From contig JAOZFI010000039.1 in the NCBI GenBank assembly GCA_027491395.1, forward strand, positions 51,044 through 115,043: a DNA stretch of 64,000 nt. Reading direction: 5' to 3'. Below the pieces are notes generated by a model, which was not told where the DNA came from, made no database searches, and worked only from the letters and a program-made list of their open reading frames with translations. Positions 1 to 9,022 of this stretch are shown here, in pieces. The position numbers were made by a program, and so were the translations under genes. Each line of letters begins with the position of its first letter. Positions within the stretch are counted from its first letter, which is position 1. Source of the DNA: Thermoproteota archaeon (GTDB taxonomy: Archaea; Korarchaeota; Korarchaeia; Korarchaeales; Korarchaeaceae).

Positions 1-996
1 TTCTGGGGGGTTCCTAAGGTCCCAAGGAGCAAGCTCGAGAGGTTCAAGGGGGAGACCTCGGGTTTCAATGTGGAATATGAGCTGGTGGATTGGGAGCCCA
101 AAGGACACGCTGACGAGTTGGAACTGGTGCTTAAGCAGGGAGACACCCTCAAGGCCGCCCAAGTATCGGGAAGCAGATTCTTCTATCTCTTCAGGGACAT
201 AGTCTGGCTGGAGCTGGCCCTAGTCATGTTCGCACTCGATCACATCACTAAGAAAGGCTTCATTCCCGTGTTACCACCCTACATGATGAGAGAGCAGTAC
301 TACTTAGGCGTGACGGACCTGGAGACGTTTAAGGACAGCATTTACAAAATAGAGGGCGAGGACCTCTACCTCATAGCCACATCTGAGCACCCACTCATAG
401 CCATGCATGCTGGAGACACCTTCACTGAGGACGAACTGCCCCGCCTCTATGTGGGCGTGAGCCCTTGTTTCAGGAAGGAGGCCGGAACCCACGGCAAGGA
501 CACAAAGGGCATATTCAGGGTACACCAGTTCACCAAAGTGGAGCAGATCGTCTATTCAAAGCCAGAGGAGAGCTGGGAGTGGCACGAGCGTCTCATCAGG
601 AACGCGGAGGAGATATATCAGCAGCTCGAGATCCCCTACAGGATTGTAAATATAGCGGCTGGCGATTTGGGCGCCTGCGCCGCCAAGAAGTACGACCTCG
701 AAGCTTGGTTCCCTGCTCAGGGTAAGTACAGGGAGCTGGTCAGCTGCAGCAACTGTGTGGATTGGCAGAGCTACAGGCTCAAGATAAAACTGGATAGAAA
801 GGGGAGAAGGGAATTCGTGCACACGCTAAACAGCACAGCCCTAGCAACTACTAGAACCATATGCGCCATACTAGAGAACCACCAACGCGAGGACGGAGTC
901 GTGGAGATACCTAAAGTCCTAAGGAGGTACTTGGAGCCCTTCGAGGCGGCTCCAAAAGAGGTAATAGAACCAATAAAGAAGCTGTTGAAGGAGTGA
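1..996 (+). CDS. serS: Seryl-tRNA synthetase, 5'-partial (frame open from base 1)
   Basis: Class II aaRS motifs [48 protein letters not shown]. Confidence 0.95.
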   Translation, partial: FWGVPKVPRSKLERFKGETSGFNVEYELVDWEPKGHADELELVLKQGDTLKAAQVSGSRFFYLFRDIVWLELALVMFALDHITKKGFIPVLPPYMMREQYYLGVTDLETFKDSIYKIEGEDLYLIATSEHPLIAMHAGDTFTEDELPRLYVGVSPCFRKEAGTHGKDTKGIFRVHQFTKVEQIVYSKPEESWEWHERLIRNAEEIYQQLEIPYRIVNIAAGDLGACAAKKYDLEAWFPAQGKYRELVSCSNCVDWQSYRLKIKLDRKGRREFVHTLNSTALATTRTICAILENHQREDGVVEIPKVLRRYLEPFEAAPKEVIEPIKKLLKE

Positions 997-998
997 GG

Positions 999-2384
999 TC
1001 AGAACCACAGCTTCCCAGGATTCATTATGCCGTTGGGATCCAGTAGCTCCTTTATCCTCCTCACGACCTCTAGGTAGCCCTCGCCCCTGACCGCCTTTAT
1101 CTCCTCTAGGAAGAGCTCCTTCTTCGCCAAGCCTATGCCATGCTCACCGCTTATCGCACCTCCCAGCTCTATGGCAAGTCTTCCTATCTTGACGAACATC
1201 TCCTTGGCCTTTCTGAGCTGCTCCCCATCCCTTGGGTCGAAGCATATGGTAGGATGGAGGTTCCCGTCGCCAGCATGACCGAACACAGGCATTCTCAACC
1301 CATATTCTTTTCTCAAATTCTCCAGCTCCCTCAGAGCTATCATGAGCTTGCTCAGCGGCACGGTTATGTCCTCTAGGAGCACGCCCGGATAAGCCCTAGT
1401 CACGGCAGCGTAGGCCCCCTGCCTTGCCAAGTAGAGCTGCTGCATCTCCTCCGGATTATCGCTAGCTCTAGTTCTACCTCCGCTCTCCTTCATGACCTGC
1501 TCCACTTCCCCGGCCATCCTCCAGACCGCCTCCCTCGGCCCATCAACGTCAGCCACGACCATGGCCTCGGCCACCTCAACACCATATCCTAAGACCTCGT
1601 TTACTATCTCTATTGTCTCCTTGTCCAGCAGCTCCAGCATCATCGGGACGTAGCCCCTCCTCCTTATCTGGGAGATGGCCCTTCCGGCATCTTCAAGCCT
1701 GTCGAAGGTCCCCATGACCCTGACGACCTTCTCCGGGAGAGGATATATCTTGAGCCAGGCCCTCGTTATCACCCCCAACGTCCCCTCGGACCCGATGAAG
1801 AGGGAGAGCAGGTCCGGACCCCACCTCCACTTGTAAACGGGCTCCCCTATCCTCAGCTTCCTTCCTCCCGCTAGGTAGAGCTCCATTGCGAGGACCCAGT
1901 TTTTCATCACCCCGAACTTGGCGCCCCTCAGCCCGCCTGCGTTCTCAGCCAGCGCGCCACCTATGGTGGCCACCCTAGAGCTCGCTGGATCGGGGGGGAA
2001 GAAGAAACCGTACTCCCTGCACGCCTTGTCCACCTCCAGAACCGTAGCTCCTGCCTCAGCCATCACGTAACCGTCATCCACGTTAACTTCCACCCTGTTC
2101 ATGGGTGTCAGGTCCAAGACGATGGACTCAGGAGTCGTGGGTACGGGAGCTCCGGTGAGAGAAGTGCCGCTCCCCCTCGGAACCACGGGAACTCGCTCCC
2201 TGTCCGCTACCTCCAGCACGACTTTCACGTCCTCCTCGGAGCTGGCTCTCACCACGGCGCCGGGAGCCTGCTTGAACTCCGTGCTAGCATCCAATGAATA
2301 GGCGTACACATCCTCAGGCTCAGTTAGAACCTTCTCCCTTCCTATCCTCTTGGATATCTCGGAGATCGCTTCGGAGAATCCCAT
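999..2384 (-). CDS. FAD-linked oxidase, GlcD/D-lactate dehydrogenase family
   Basis: PRGSGTSLTG, FPPDPAS, ATIGG, GSEGTLG, GHAGDGNLH and SGEHGIG motifs; start moved to ATG 2384 behind a GGTGGTGA SD. Confidence 0.9.
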   Translation of the reverse strand: MGFSEAISEISKRIGREKVLTEPEDVYAYSLDASTEFKQAPGAVVRASSEEDVKVVLEVADRERVPVVPRGSGTSLTGAPVPTTPESIVLDLTPMNRVEVNVDDGYVMAEAGATVLEVDKACREYGFFFPPDPASSRVATIGGALAENAGGLRGAKFGVMKNWVLAMELYLAGGRKLRIGEPVYKWRWGPDLLSLFIGSEGTLGVITRAWLKIYPLPEKVVRVMGTFDRLEDAGRAISQIRRRGYVPMMLELLDKETIEIVNEVLGYGVEVAEAMVVADVDGPREAVWRMAGEVEQVMKESGGRTRASDNPEEMQQLYLARQGAYAAVTRAYPGVLLEDITVPLSKLMIALRELENLRKEYGLRMPVFGHAGDGNLHPTICFDPRDGEQLRKAKEMFVKIGRLAIELGGAISGEHGIGLAKKELFLEEIKAVRGEGYLEVVRRIKELLDPNGIMNPGKLWF

Positions 2385-2401
2385 GACATCACCACCCATC
2401 A

Positions 2402-3793
2402 TCAGGTTACACCGGCCTTCCCGGAGTATATGGCATAGGCCCTGCCATAAACTATGAGCTCTTGGACATGGAGCCCCACCGGACAGGCTTGGGAGCACTG
2501 TCCGCAGAGAACGCACGAGTAGAGCCTATCCAGAACGGCCTTGGGCCTTACAGGATCACCCTTCACGAGGGAATTTATCAAGGTCATCCTACCCCTCGCC
2601 GACCTGCTCTCCAGCCTGTCCAATGCTTTGGCCGTGGGACACTCCACATTGCAGAAACCGCACTTCTTGCATTTGTCCGTCTCCCACTCGAGCATCTCAG
2701 CTAGGTCCTTTAGCTCTAGGCTCTTAGGTCTGGGGCTTGACGGGAATACCTTGTACCTATTGAAGCTCGGTTCCTCCGGCATCGTCTCCTCGATTCCGTT
2801 CCTCATAGCCTCGGCTACCAAGGATGCGAGGTCCTCAACGCTGATGTCCAAGCCAATAGCATCGAAGCCCGTTCTAAGCATCATTATGCACGCTGGACAG
2901 GAGGTGAAGACCATTTGAGCCCCGGTACCCTTCAACTCCTCTATCCTCGCGTAGGAGACCTTCCTAGCCAGGGGAGGTTGAGTGAGCTCCAGCCCCCCGT
3001 CACCGCTGCATCCGGTATTCACTCCGTGCCTAGGAGGCTCCACGTACTTCACACCATCGATCCTGCTGAGGATGAATCTGACCTCGTCCACCACTCCCAG
3101 AGTCCTCGCCAAGTAGCAGGGATCGTGGTAGGTGACCTTAACCTCCCTGCCCAGCCTCAGGCGCACGCCCTTCTTGGCCATCTCCCTCGCGACGACCTCG
3201 ACGAAGTGCAGGGCCTCCACATCCCACCCCTCGACGAACTCCGGGTAGTATAACCTGAAGGCCGTCGCAACTATCGGGTCCAGCGTGATCACCCTCCTCA
3301 CGCCCAGTTCCCTGAACCTCCGGTGGACCCACTCCGCGTGCTCCTTGAACTCCCTCAGCAGTCCGTAGGTGTGCAGCGCTACGCCTGAGGGAGGTTCGTT
3401 CTCGAAAAGGTAGCCGACCTCGATTCCGAGGTTCTTAAGCACGTAAATCGCGTCTCTCAAACCCCTCTCATATCTCTCGTTGATTCGACCCCACAATACC
3501 TTGGCACCAACGGTGTATATCCCGAGCTTCCTCATGATTGGCCCGACCTTTGCTAGGGAGTTGATGTCCATGAAACCCTCCAGCCTCTTCAAAGCCCTGA
3601 AGGCACCCTCCGCGTATCCCATAACCGGGTACATCTCGCCGGCATAAAACACCGTGCCGTCCACTGGGCCCTTGGGCAGTAATCCCCTAGCCCACCTCGT
3701 CCTCTGATCCGCGCCCAATCCCAAGACATCGCCAACGGAAGTGGTATTTTCAGATGCGAATTTCACTATCTCCGGGACGGCCGTTCCCTTCAC
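2402..3793 (-). CDS. Fe-S oxidoreductase (GlcF/HdrD-like CCG domains plus C-terminal 2x[4Fe-4S])
   Basis: YHDPCYL, GCSGDGG, TSCPAC; CKKCGFCNVECP and CVLCGQCSQACP at the C-terminus; directly upstream of the GlcD-like gene. Confidence 0.85.
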   Translation of the reverse strand: MKGTAVPEIVKFASENTTSVGDVLGLGADQRTRWARGLLPKGPVDGTVFYAGEMYPVMGYAEGAFRALKRLEGFMDINSLAKVGPIMRKLGIYTVGAKVLWGRINERYERGLRDAIYVLKNLGIEVGYLFENEPPSGVALHTYGLLREFKEHAEWVHRRFRELGVRRVITLDPIVATAFRLYYPEFVEGWDVEALHFVEVVAREMAKKGVRLRLGREVKVTYHDPCYLARTLGVVDEVRFILSRIDGVKYVEPPRHGVNTGCSGDGGLELTQPPLARKVSYARIEELKGTGAQMVFTSCPACIMMLRTGFDAIGLDISVEDLASLVAEAMRNGIEETMPEEPSFNRYKVFPSSPRPKSLELKDLAEMLEWETDKCKKCGFCNVECPTAKALDRLESRSARGRMTLINSLVKGDPVRPKAVLDRLYSCVLCGQCSQACPVGLHVQELIVYGRAYAIYSGKAGVT

Positions 3794-3896
3794 CCGGGGA
3801 CTTACTCCCCCCGCTTACTTATTAGTGGAATGGATCCTACCGGAGAATCGTCCGCTTCCCCGAGATCTTGGATCTCAGCCGAGGGATCCAGATACC

Positions 3897-4061
3897 TTTA
3901 TAAATTGAAGATCGAGTGAAGGCGGAGAGGTGATCTCGCTGAGGGGGGATCGAGAAACTTCTCCCACGCCGTGACCCTCTCCTTGATCTCTCATTACTGG
4001 GGAGAGACCACATCACCGATCCCTTGAGGCGGGACCATGTCTCCTTGAGGAGGTGTCTACT
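3897..4061 (+). promoter_or_regulatory. TATA box and long structured 5' leader of thrS
   Basis: TTTATAAA at 3897-3904, ~135 nt leader with several complementary segments, SD GGAGGTG at 4049-4055 inside a hairpin. Confidence 0.5.
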
Positions 4062-5996
4062 ATGGTCAAGCTGAGATTGCCAGATGGGAGGGAGCTGGAG
4101 GCCAAAATAGGCGAGAGCATACTTGAGCAGATTCCTCCTGAGTCTGGACTCGTGGCTAAGGTGGACGGCAGGCTCGTGGATCTCACTTGGATTGTTCACG
4201 AGGGAGTGGAGACGATAGAGGTGCTGGACTTCAACTCCCCCGAGGGCAGGGAGACCTACTGGCACACCTCTTCCCATATACTGGCTCAGGCGGTGAAGAG
4301 GCTCTTCCCAGAGGCGAAGCTAGGAATAGGTCCTGCTATAGAGGAGGGCTTCTTCTACGACTTCGATCTCGGAGGAAGATCCTTCTCTCCGGAGGATCTG
4401 GAGAGGATAGAGGAGGAGATGAGGAGGATAGTGAGAGAGAACCTCCCAGTGGTCAGGGAGGAGATGGGGAGGGAGGAAGCCATCAAGCTGTTCAGGAGCA
4501 TGGGCGAGGTATACAAAGTGGAACTCCTCGAGGAGATGGACGAGGATGTGGTCTCGGTCTACAGGCAGGGAGAGTTCGTGGACCTGTGCAGGGGACCTCA
4601 TCTCCCCTACACCGGTTATGTGAAGGCCCTCAAGGTACTCCACGCCTCCTCAGCCTACTGGAGGGGTGACGAGAGGAACCCGGTGATGCAGAGGGTCTAC
4701 GGAATATCCTTCCCCACAGAGGAGGAGCTGAAGCGCTACCTGAAGATGAGGGAGGAAGCTAGGAAGAGGGATCACAGGATCGTAGGCCCGCAACTCGACC
4801 TCTTCTCCATGCCCTCCGAATTGATAGGGCCCGGTTTAGTGATCTGGCACCCCAAGGGGGCCCGAATAAGAAGGGTGATAGAGGATTTCCTAGTAAGGGT
4901 CCATCTGAAGTGGGGTTACGAGCTCGTTTACTCACCCCACATAGCCTACACCAACCTCTGGAGGACCTCAGGTCACCTCAACTATTACAGGGACTTCATG
5001 TACGTCTTCGAGAAGGAGGGGATAGAGCACGCAGTCAAGCCCATGAACTGTCCTTTCCACATACTCGTGTACAAGTCCAAGAGGAGGAGCTACAGGGAAC
5101 TCCCAATGAGGCTGTTCGAGCTCGGCACAGTGTACAGGTACGAGAGGTCCGGAGTGTTACACGGCCTGCTCAGGGCTAGGGGGTTCACCCAAGATGACGC
5201 CCACATCTTCACGACCCCGGAGAAGCTGGAGGAGGAGATATTCAGGGTCATAGAGCTGGACGAGTACCTGATGCGATCCTTCGGCTTCGAGGAGTTCAAG
5301 GTGGAGATCTCCACGTGGGACCCGAGGCGTCCCGAAGAATACATGGGGAGCGAGGAGGACTGGATCAGGGCTCAATCAGCTTTGGAAGAGGCGTTAAGGA
5401 ATAAAGGCTACGAGTATGAGGTGATGGAGGGTGAGGCCGCCTTCTATGGACCCAAGATAGATGTGAAGCTCGTGGACTCCATAGGGAGGGAGTGGCAGCT
5501 GAGCACCATACAGCTCGACTTCAACCTCCCCAAGAGGTTCAATGTCACTTACGTAGACGCCGACGGGAGTGAGAAGACCGTCATTATGATACATAGAGCC
5601 CTTCTAGGATCCATAGAGAGGTTCTTCGGCATACTGCTCGAGCACTACGCCGGGAACTTCCCCCTCTGGCTAGCCCCAGTTCAGGCGAGGGTATTGCCCG
5701 TAGCTGAGAGGCATCTGGACAGGGCGAGGGAGGTTCTAGATCGCCTGCTCAGTGCCGGAATCAGGGCTGATCTGGATGACGCCAGAGGGACCCTTGGGTA
5801 CAGGATAAGGGAGAGCGAGCTGGAGAAGGTACCGATCCTCCTAGTGATAGGTGACAGGGAGGTAGAGTCTGGTAAGGTGGCGGTGAGGCGCAAGGGCAAG
5901 GGGAACCTTGGGTCCATGGATCTGGAGGAGTTCCTCAGGGAGTTCACGGAGGAGTTCTTGCCGCCGGATCTGAGGGGAGGCTCCTCAACTTTTTAG
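4062..5996 (+). CDS. thrS: Threonyl-tRNA synthetase, bacterial/eukaryal type with TGS and N2 editing domains
   Basis: HTSSHILAQA, DLCRGPH, KPMNCPFH, RGFTQDDAH, AFYGPKID, HRALLGSIERF; ATG follows GGAGGTG. Confidence 0.97.
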   Translation: MVKLRLPDGRELEAKIGESILEQIPPESGLVAKVDGRLVDLTWIVHEGVETIEVLDFNSPEGRETYWHTSSHILAQAVKRLFPEAKLGIGPAIEEGFFYDFDLGGRSFSPEDLERIEEEMRRIVRENLPVVREEMGREEAIKLFRSMGEVYKVELLEEMDEDVVSVYRQGEFVDLCRGPHLPYTGYVKALKVLHASSAYWRGDERNPVMQRVYGISFPTEEELKRYLKMREEARKRDHRIVGPQLDLFSMPSELIGPGLVIWHPKGARIRRVIEDFLVRVHLKWGYELVYSPHIAYTNLWRTSGHLNYYRDFMYVFEKEGIEHAVKPMNCPFHILVYKSKRRSYRELPMRLFELGTVYRYERSGVLHGLLRARGFTQDDAHIFTTPEKLEEEIFRVIELDEYLMRSFGFEEFKVEISTWDPRRPEEYMGSEEDWIRAQSALEEALRNKGYEYEVMEGEAAFYGPKIDVKLVDSIGREWQLSTIQLDFNLPKRFNVTYVDADGSEKTVIMIHRALLGSIERFFGILLEHYAGNFPLWLAPVQARVLPVAERHLDRAREVLDRLLSAGIRADLDDARGTLGYRIRESELEKVPILLVIGDREVESGKVAVRRKGKGNLGSMDLEEFLREFTEEFLPPDLRGGSSTF

Positions 5997-6018
5997 CTTC
6001 TCCCCGCCCCTTCCGTAT

Positions 6019-6564
6019 ATGAGGTTCAAATCCCTGATCCTAGGAGTAGGGGCATTAGCGGTTCCACTGTTCCTTGTCTTCCTCTCGATAGCCTTTTCCC
6101 CTTGGTTTCGGTGGGAGGCTAACGCCCTCAGCGATCTAGGTCACTCCCTAAAGAGCCCCGTGGCTCCTCTGTTTAACGTGGGCCTCGTCACGGGAGGACT
6201 CTTGATGATTCTCTACTCCGTCCTCTACATGATTAGGAAGTACCCCCATACCTCGAAGCTCATGGCAGCATCTGGCTACTTCCTGATGCTGGTAGGGACC
6301 TTTGACGAGGTATACGGGGGGCTCCACTTCCTAGTATCTCTGTTCTTCTTCTTGGGGATCGCTATAGCAGCTATAATTTACAGTTACGAGGGGAGGAAGA
6401 ACTATCCGGTGATTTCCACCGTAGTAATTGCGGTCTCTTGGGCGCTGCAACTGTCCGGGGCCTGCCCGTGTGGTGAAGCGGTTCCCGAGATGATCTCGAT
6501 TCTAGTGACCCTTCCGTGGTACTTGGACTCGTTGAGGAATGTGGAGAGGAGTCTTAAGTGGTAG
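6019..6564 (+). CDS. DUF998-family membrane protein
   Basis: SPWF..NALSDLG, LFN, LVGTF, LHF pattern; about 5 hydrophobic helices. Confidence 0.7.
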   Translation: MRFKSLILGVGALAVPLFLVFLSIAFSPWFRWEANALSDLGHSLKSPVAPLFNVGLVTGGLLMILYSVLYMIRKYPHTSKLMAASGYFLMLVGTFDEVYGGLHFLVSLFFFLGIAIAAIIYSYEGRKNYPVISTVVIAVSWALQLSGACPCGEAVPEMISILVTLPWYLDSLRNVERSLKW

Positions 6565-6568
6565 TGGG

Positions 6569-7723
6569 GTGGTGGATACGGAACTGCGGCGGAGAGAGGT
6601 CTACAAAGCGATTATCTTGTTTGGACTCGTGAGCCTAGTGGGGGATGTGATCTATGAAGGGGCTAGGGCGGTAGCCCCATCCTATTTGGGAGCTTTAGGT
6701 GCTACCGCCCTAGTGGTGGGACTGGTCTTCGGCGTCTCCGAGTTCGTTGGACTGTCCCTGAGGCTTGTCAGTGGTGTGTTGGCCGACATCACGGGCGCTT
6801 ACTGGGCCCTCTATCTACTAGGCTACGGCCTGATAGTGTCGATACCCCTCCTCGGCCTGACCAACCTGTGGCCCGTGGCCGTGGCCCTGATCTTCGCTGA
6901 AAGGGTCGCTAAGGGACTCAGATCTCCAGCGAGGGATGTCCTAATCTCTGCAGTGTCCAAGGGTGTTGGCGCCGGGAAGGCGTTCGGCTTGCACGAACTC
7001 ATGGATCAGGTAGGTGCCATCGCTGGACCGGCGCTGCTGGGCACGATTTTATTCCTCCGACCCAACGACTACTCCTCGGCCTTCCTCTCGCTCCTGATCC
7101 CTTATCTCGTCCTGTTAACCTCGATCCTCTACATCTACTACAGGTTCAGGGCCGTGATCCCCTCGGGGAGGAGGACCAAGTTCAGCCTATCTGACCTCCC
7201 GACTAACTTCTGGATATACACGCTGGCGGTCTTCCTGAACACGGCCGGTCTGATTCATGTCTCTCTAATTGTGCTTACCTCCAGCGAGGCCTTTTCCCCT
7301 TGGATGGCCGCCTACCTCTATGTACTCATGCAGGCGGTGGATGCGATCTCCGCTCCGCTGGCGGGTCTCGCCTACGACAGGATGGGGAGGAAGGTGCTGT
7401 ACCTGCCGTTCCTGCTCTCCCCGATACCATCCATAGCCACCCTGATGGGAGGAAGCAACGTGATCTTGGCGGTGATCTTCTTCGGAGTGATATACGGGAT
7501 GCAGGAGTCCATCTACAGAGCAGCAGTATCAGATCTAGTCTCAATGGAGGTGAGAGGAACGGCTTACGGTATGTTCAACACAGCCTACGGTCTCGGTTTT
7601 CTGGTGAGCGGCTCACTCTTCGGGTACTTCCTCTACACCGGGGATGTGCTCTCGGGTACACTTTTCTCCGTTGCCGCGCAGATTGTAGCGGTAATCGCCC
7701 TCTACAGGTCTCTACTCGATTGA
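6569..7723 (+). CDS. MFS transporter
   Basis: About 12 TM segments; ERVAKGLRSPARD and GLAYDRMGRK MFS motifs; start set at GTG 6569. Confidence 0.85.
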   Translation: MVDTELRRREVYKAIILFGLVSLVGDVIYEGARAVAPSYLGALGATALVVGLVFGVSEFVGLSLRLVSGVLADITGAYWALYLLGYGLIVSIPLLGLTNLWPVAVALIFAERVAKGLRSPARDVLISAVSKGVGAGKAFGLHELMDQVGAIAGPALLGTILFLRPNDYSSAFLSLLIPYLVLLTSILYIYYRFRAVIPSGRRTKFSLSDLPTNFWIYTLAVFLNTAGLIHVSLIVLTSSEAFSPWMAAYLYVLMQAVDAISAPLAGLAYDRMGRKVLYLPFLLSPIPSIATLMGGSNVILAVIFFGVIYGMQESIYRAAVSDLVSMEVRGTAYGMFNTAYGLGFLVSGSLFGYFLYTGDVLSGTLFSVAAQIVAVIALYRSLLD

Positions 7724-8614
7724 GATCCCCACCCCCTCTAATACCTCTCTTATCTTTGCCCTAACCTCGGCGGATTCTACCATGAGAGGGGGCCTGCACA
7801 CCTCCTTCACCGGAGCTCCTAGTATCGACAGGGCAGTCTTTATCGCGGTCGGGAACGAGGATGCGAAGTCATATATCCTAGCAAGACTCGCGAGCTTTCT
7901 GAACCCTTCCACGGCGCCTTTGAGATCTCCTGAGAGCCACGACCGGTGTATCGACAGGTGGATCTCGGGGGCAACGTTGGCTAGGGCCATGATCCCGCCG
8001 TCCCCTCCTAGAGCTAGGGTGTTGAGCAAGTGGTCATCCATCCCGGTCATCACCGAGAAGTCCGGCCTGACGGATTTTACCCTGACCACGAGATTTCGCA
8101 TGTATGAGACGCTGTCCTTTGTCACCTTCGCGCCTACCACGTTGGGGAACTCCTCAGCAAGCCTGACGTAGACGCTCACTGGGATGTCGTTCCCAGTTAG
8201 GGACGGTATGTTGTATATGATGAGCGGTAGATCCAAGGAGTTGGCTATCCTGCTGAAGTGGTGAAGAAGCCAGTCCTCCTTAAGCTTGAAGAAGTAAGGG
8301 GGCATCACCACGGCACCGTCTGCTCCTAGATCTTTCATCTCCCTACCGAGCGAAATGGCCTCCTCTGTATAATTTGAGCTTATTCCAGGAAGTATCTTGG
8401 GTCCCTCAACAGCATCCAGACTTATCTTCACTATGTCGAGCATCTCGTCCCTTCTCAGGTGAACGAATTCCCCTGTAGTCGAGTTGACGAAGATGCCGTC
8501 AACTCCTTTCTCACTTAGGAATGAAACGAGCCATCTCAGGGCCTCTTCATCGATGGAAAGGTCCTCATTGAAGGGGGTTATCATCGGAACTATTACTCCG
8601 GAAAATCCCTTCAT
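7712..8614 (-). CDS. Dihydrodipicolinate synthase/class I aldolase family protein
   Basis: PMITPF, STTGE, YNIP, GAK Schiff-base Lys; substrate not assignable. Confidence 0.88.
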   Translation of the reverse strand: MKGFSGVIVPMITPFNEDLSIDEEALRWLVSFLSEKGVDGIFVNSTTGEFVHLRRDEMLDIVKISLDAVEGPKILPGISSNYTEEAISLGREMKDLGADGAVVMPPYFFKLKEDWLLHHFSRIANSLDLPLIIYNIPSLTGNDIPVSVYVRLAEEFPNVVGAKVTKDSVSYMRNLVVRVKSVRPDFSVMTGMDDHLLNTLALGGDGGIMALANVAPEIHLSIHRSWLSGDLKGAVEGFRKLASLARIYDFASSFPTAIKTALSILGAPVKEVCRPPLMVESAEVRAKIREVLEGVGISIE

Positions 8615-8646
8615 ATGAATGAGAGGGGGAGGAGATCATATAATCC

Positions 8647-8847
8647 CTAGGTGGTGAGGGACCTCTGCAGTCCCTGAACGTACTTGGCAAGGAGGTAGGC
8701 CATGGCCAAGTTAGTGGTGGCCATGAGTATGCCGACCCCTCCGTCGAATCCCATCAGGGTCAGCACCAGCCCTACATGGTAGGCGAGGGCGTTGCCCACC
8801 ATCAATCCGAAGGTCCTCAAGGCCACCACCCCAGATCCCTCCATCAA
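8647..8847 (-). pseudogene. Short hydrophobic ORF, possible membrane-protein fragment
   Basis: 66 aa with two hydrophobic stretches and no recognisable domain. Confidence 0.3.
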
Positions 8848-9022
8848 CGTTATAAATGCAAATCGCTTGATATCGTTTCATAACGTTTCAATAGGATCGT
8901 AAGGACCCTTCCAACTATTTCAGTTCGGTAGGAGGGAGAACTATGGGTAATTCCATGGGAGAAGATCATTTGGTGGAAGGTGAAGACTTTTGAGATCAGG
9001 GAGTAAGGTAACTGGAGTTAAC

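Noticed and set aside
4020-4060. Firm T-box riboswitch call for the thrS leader
   Set aside because: The bulge is CGGGACC, not UGGNACC; the flanking helix is weak; no clear Stem I or specifier loop; and the antiterminator-like fold would hide rather than expose the SD. Kept only as an unexplained structured leader.
6015-6040. GGTTCAAATCCC resembling a tRNA T-loop
   Set aside because: No proper T-stem, acceptor stem or D/anticodon arms; it lies in the first codons of a CDS.
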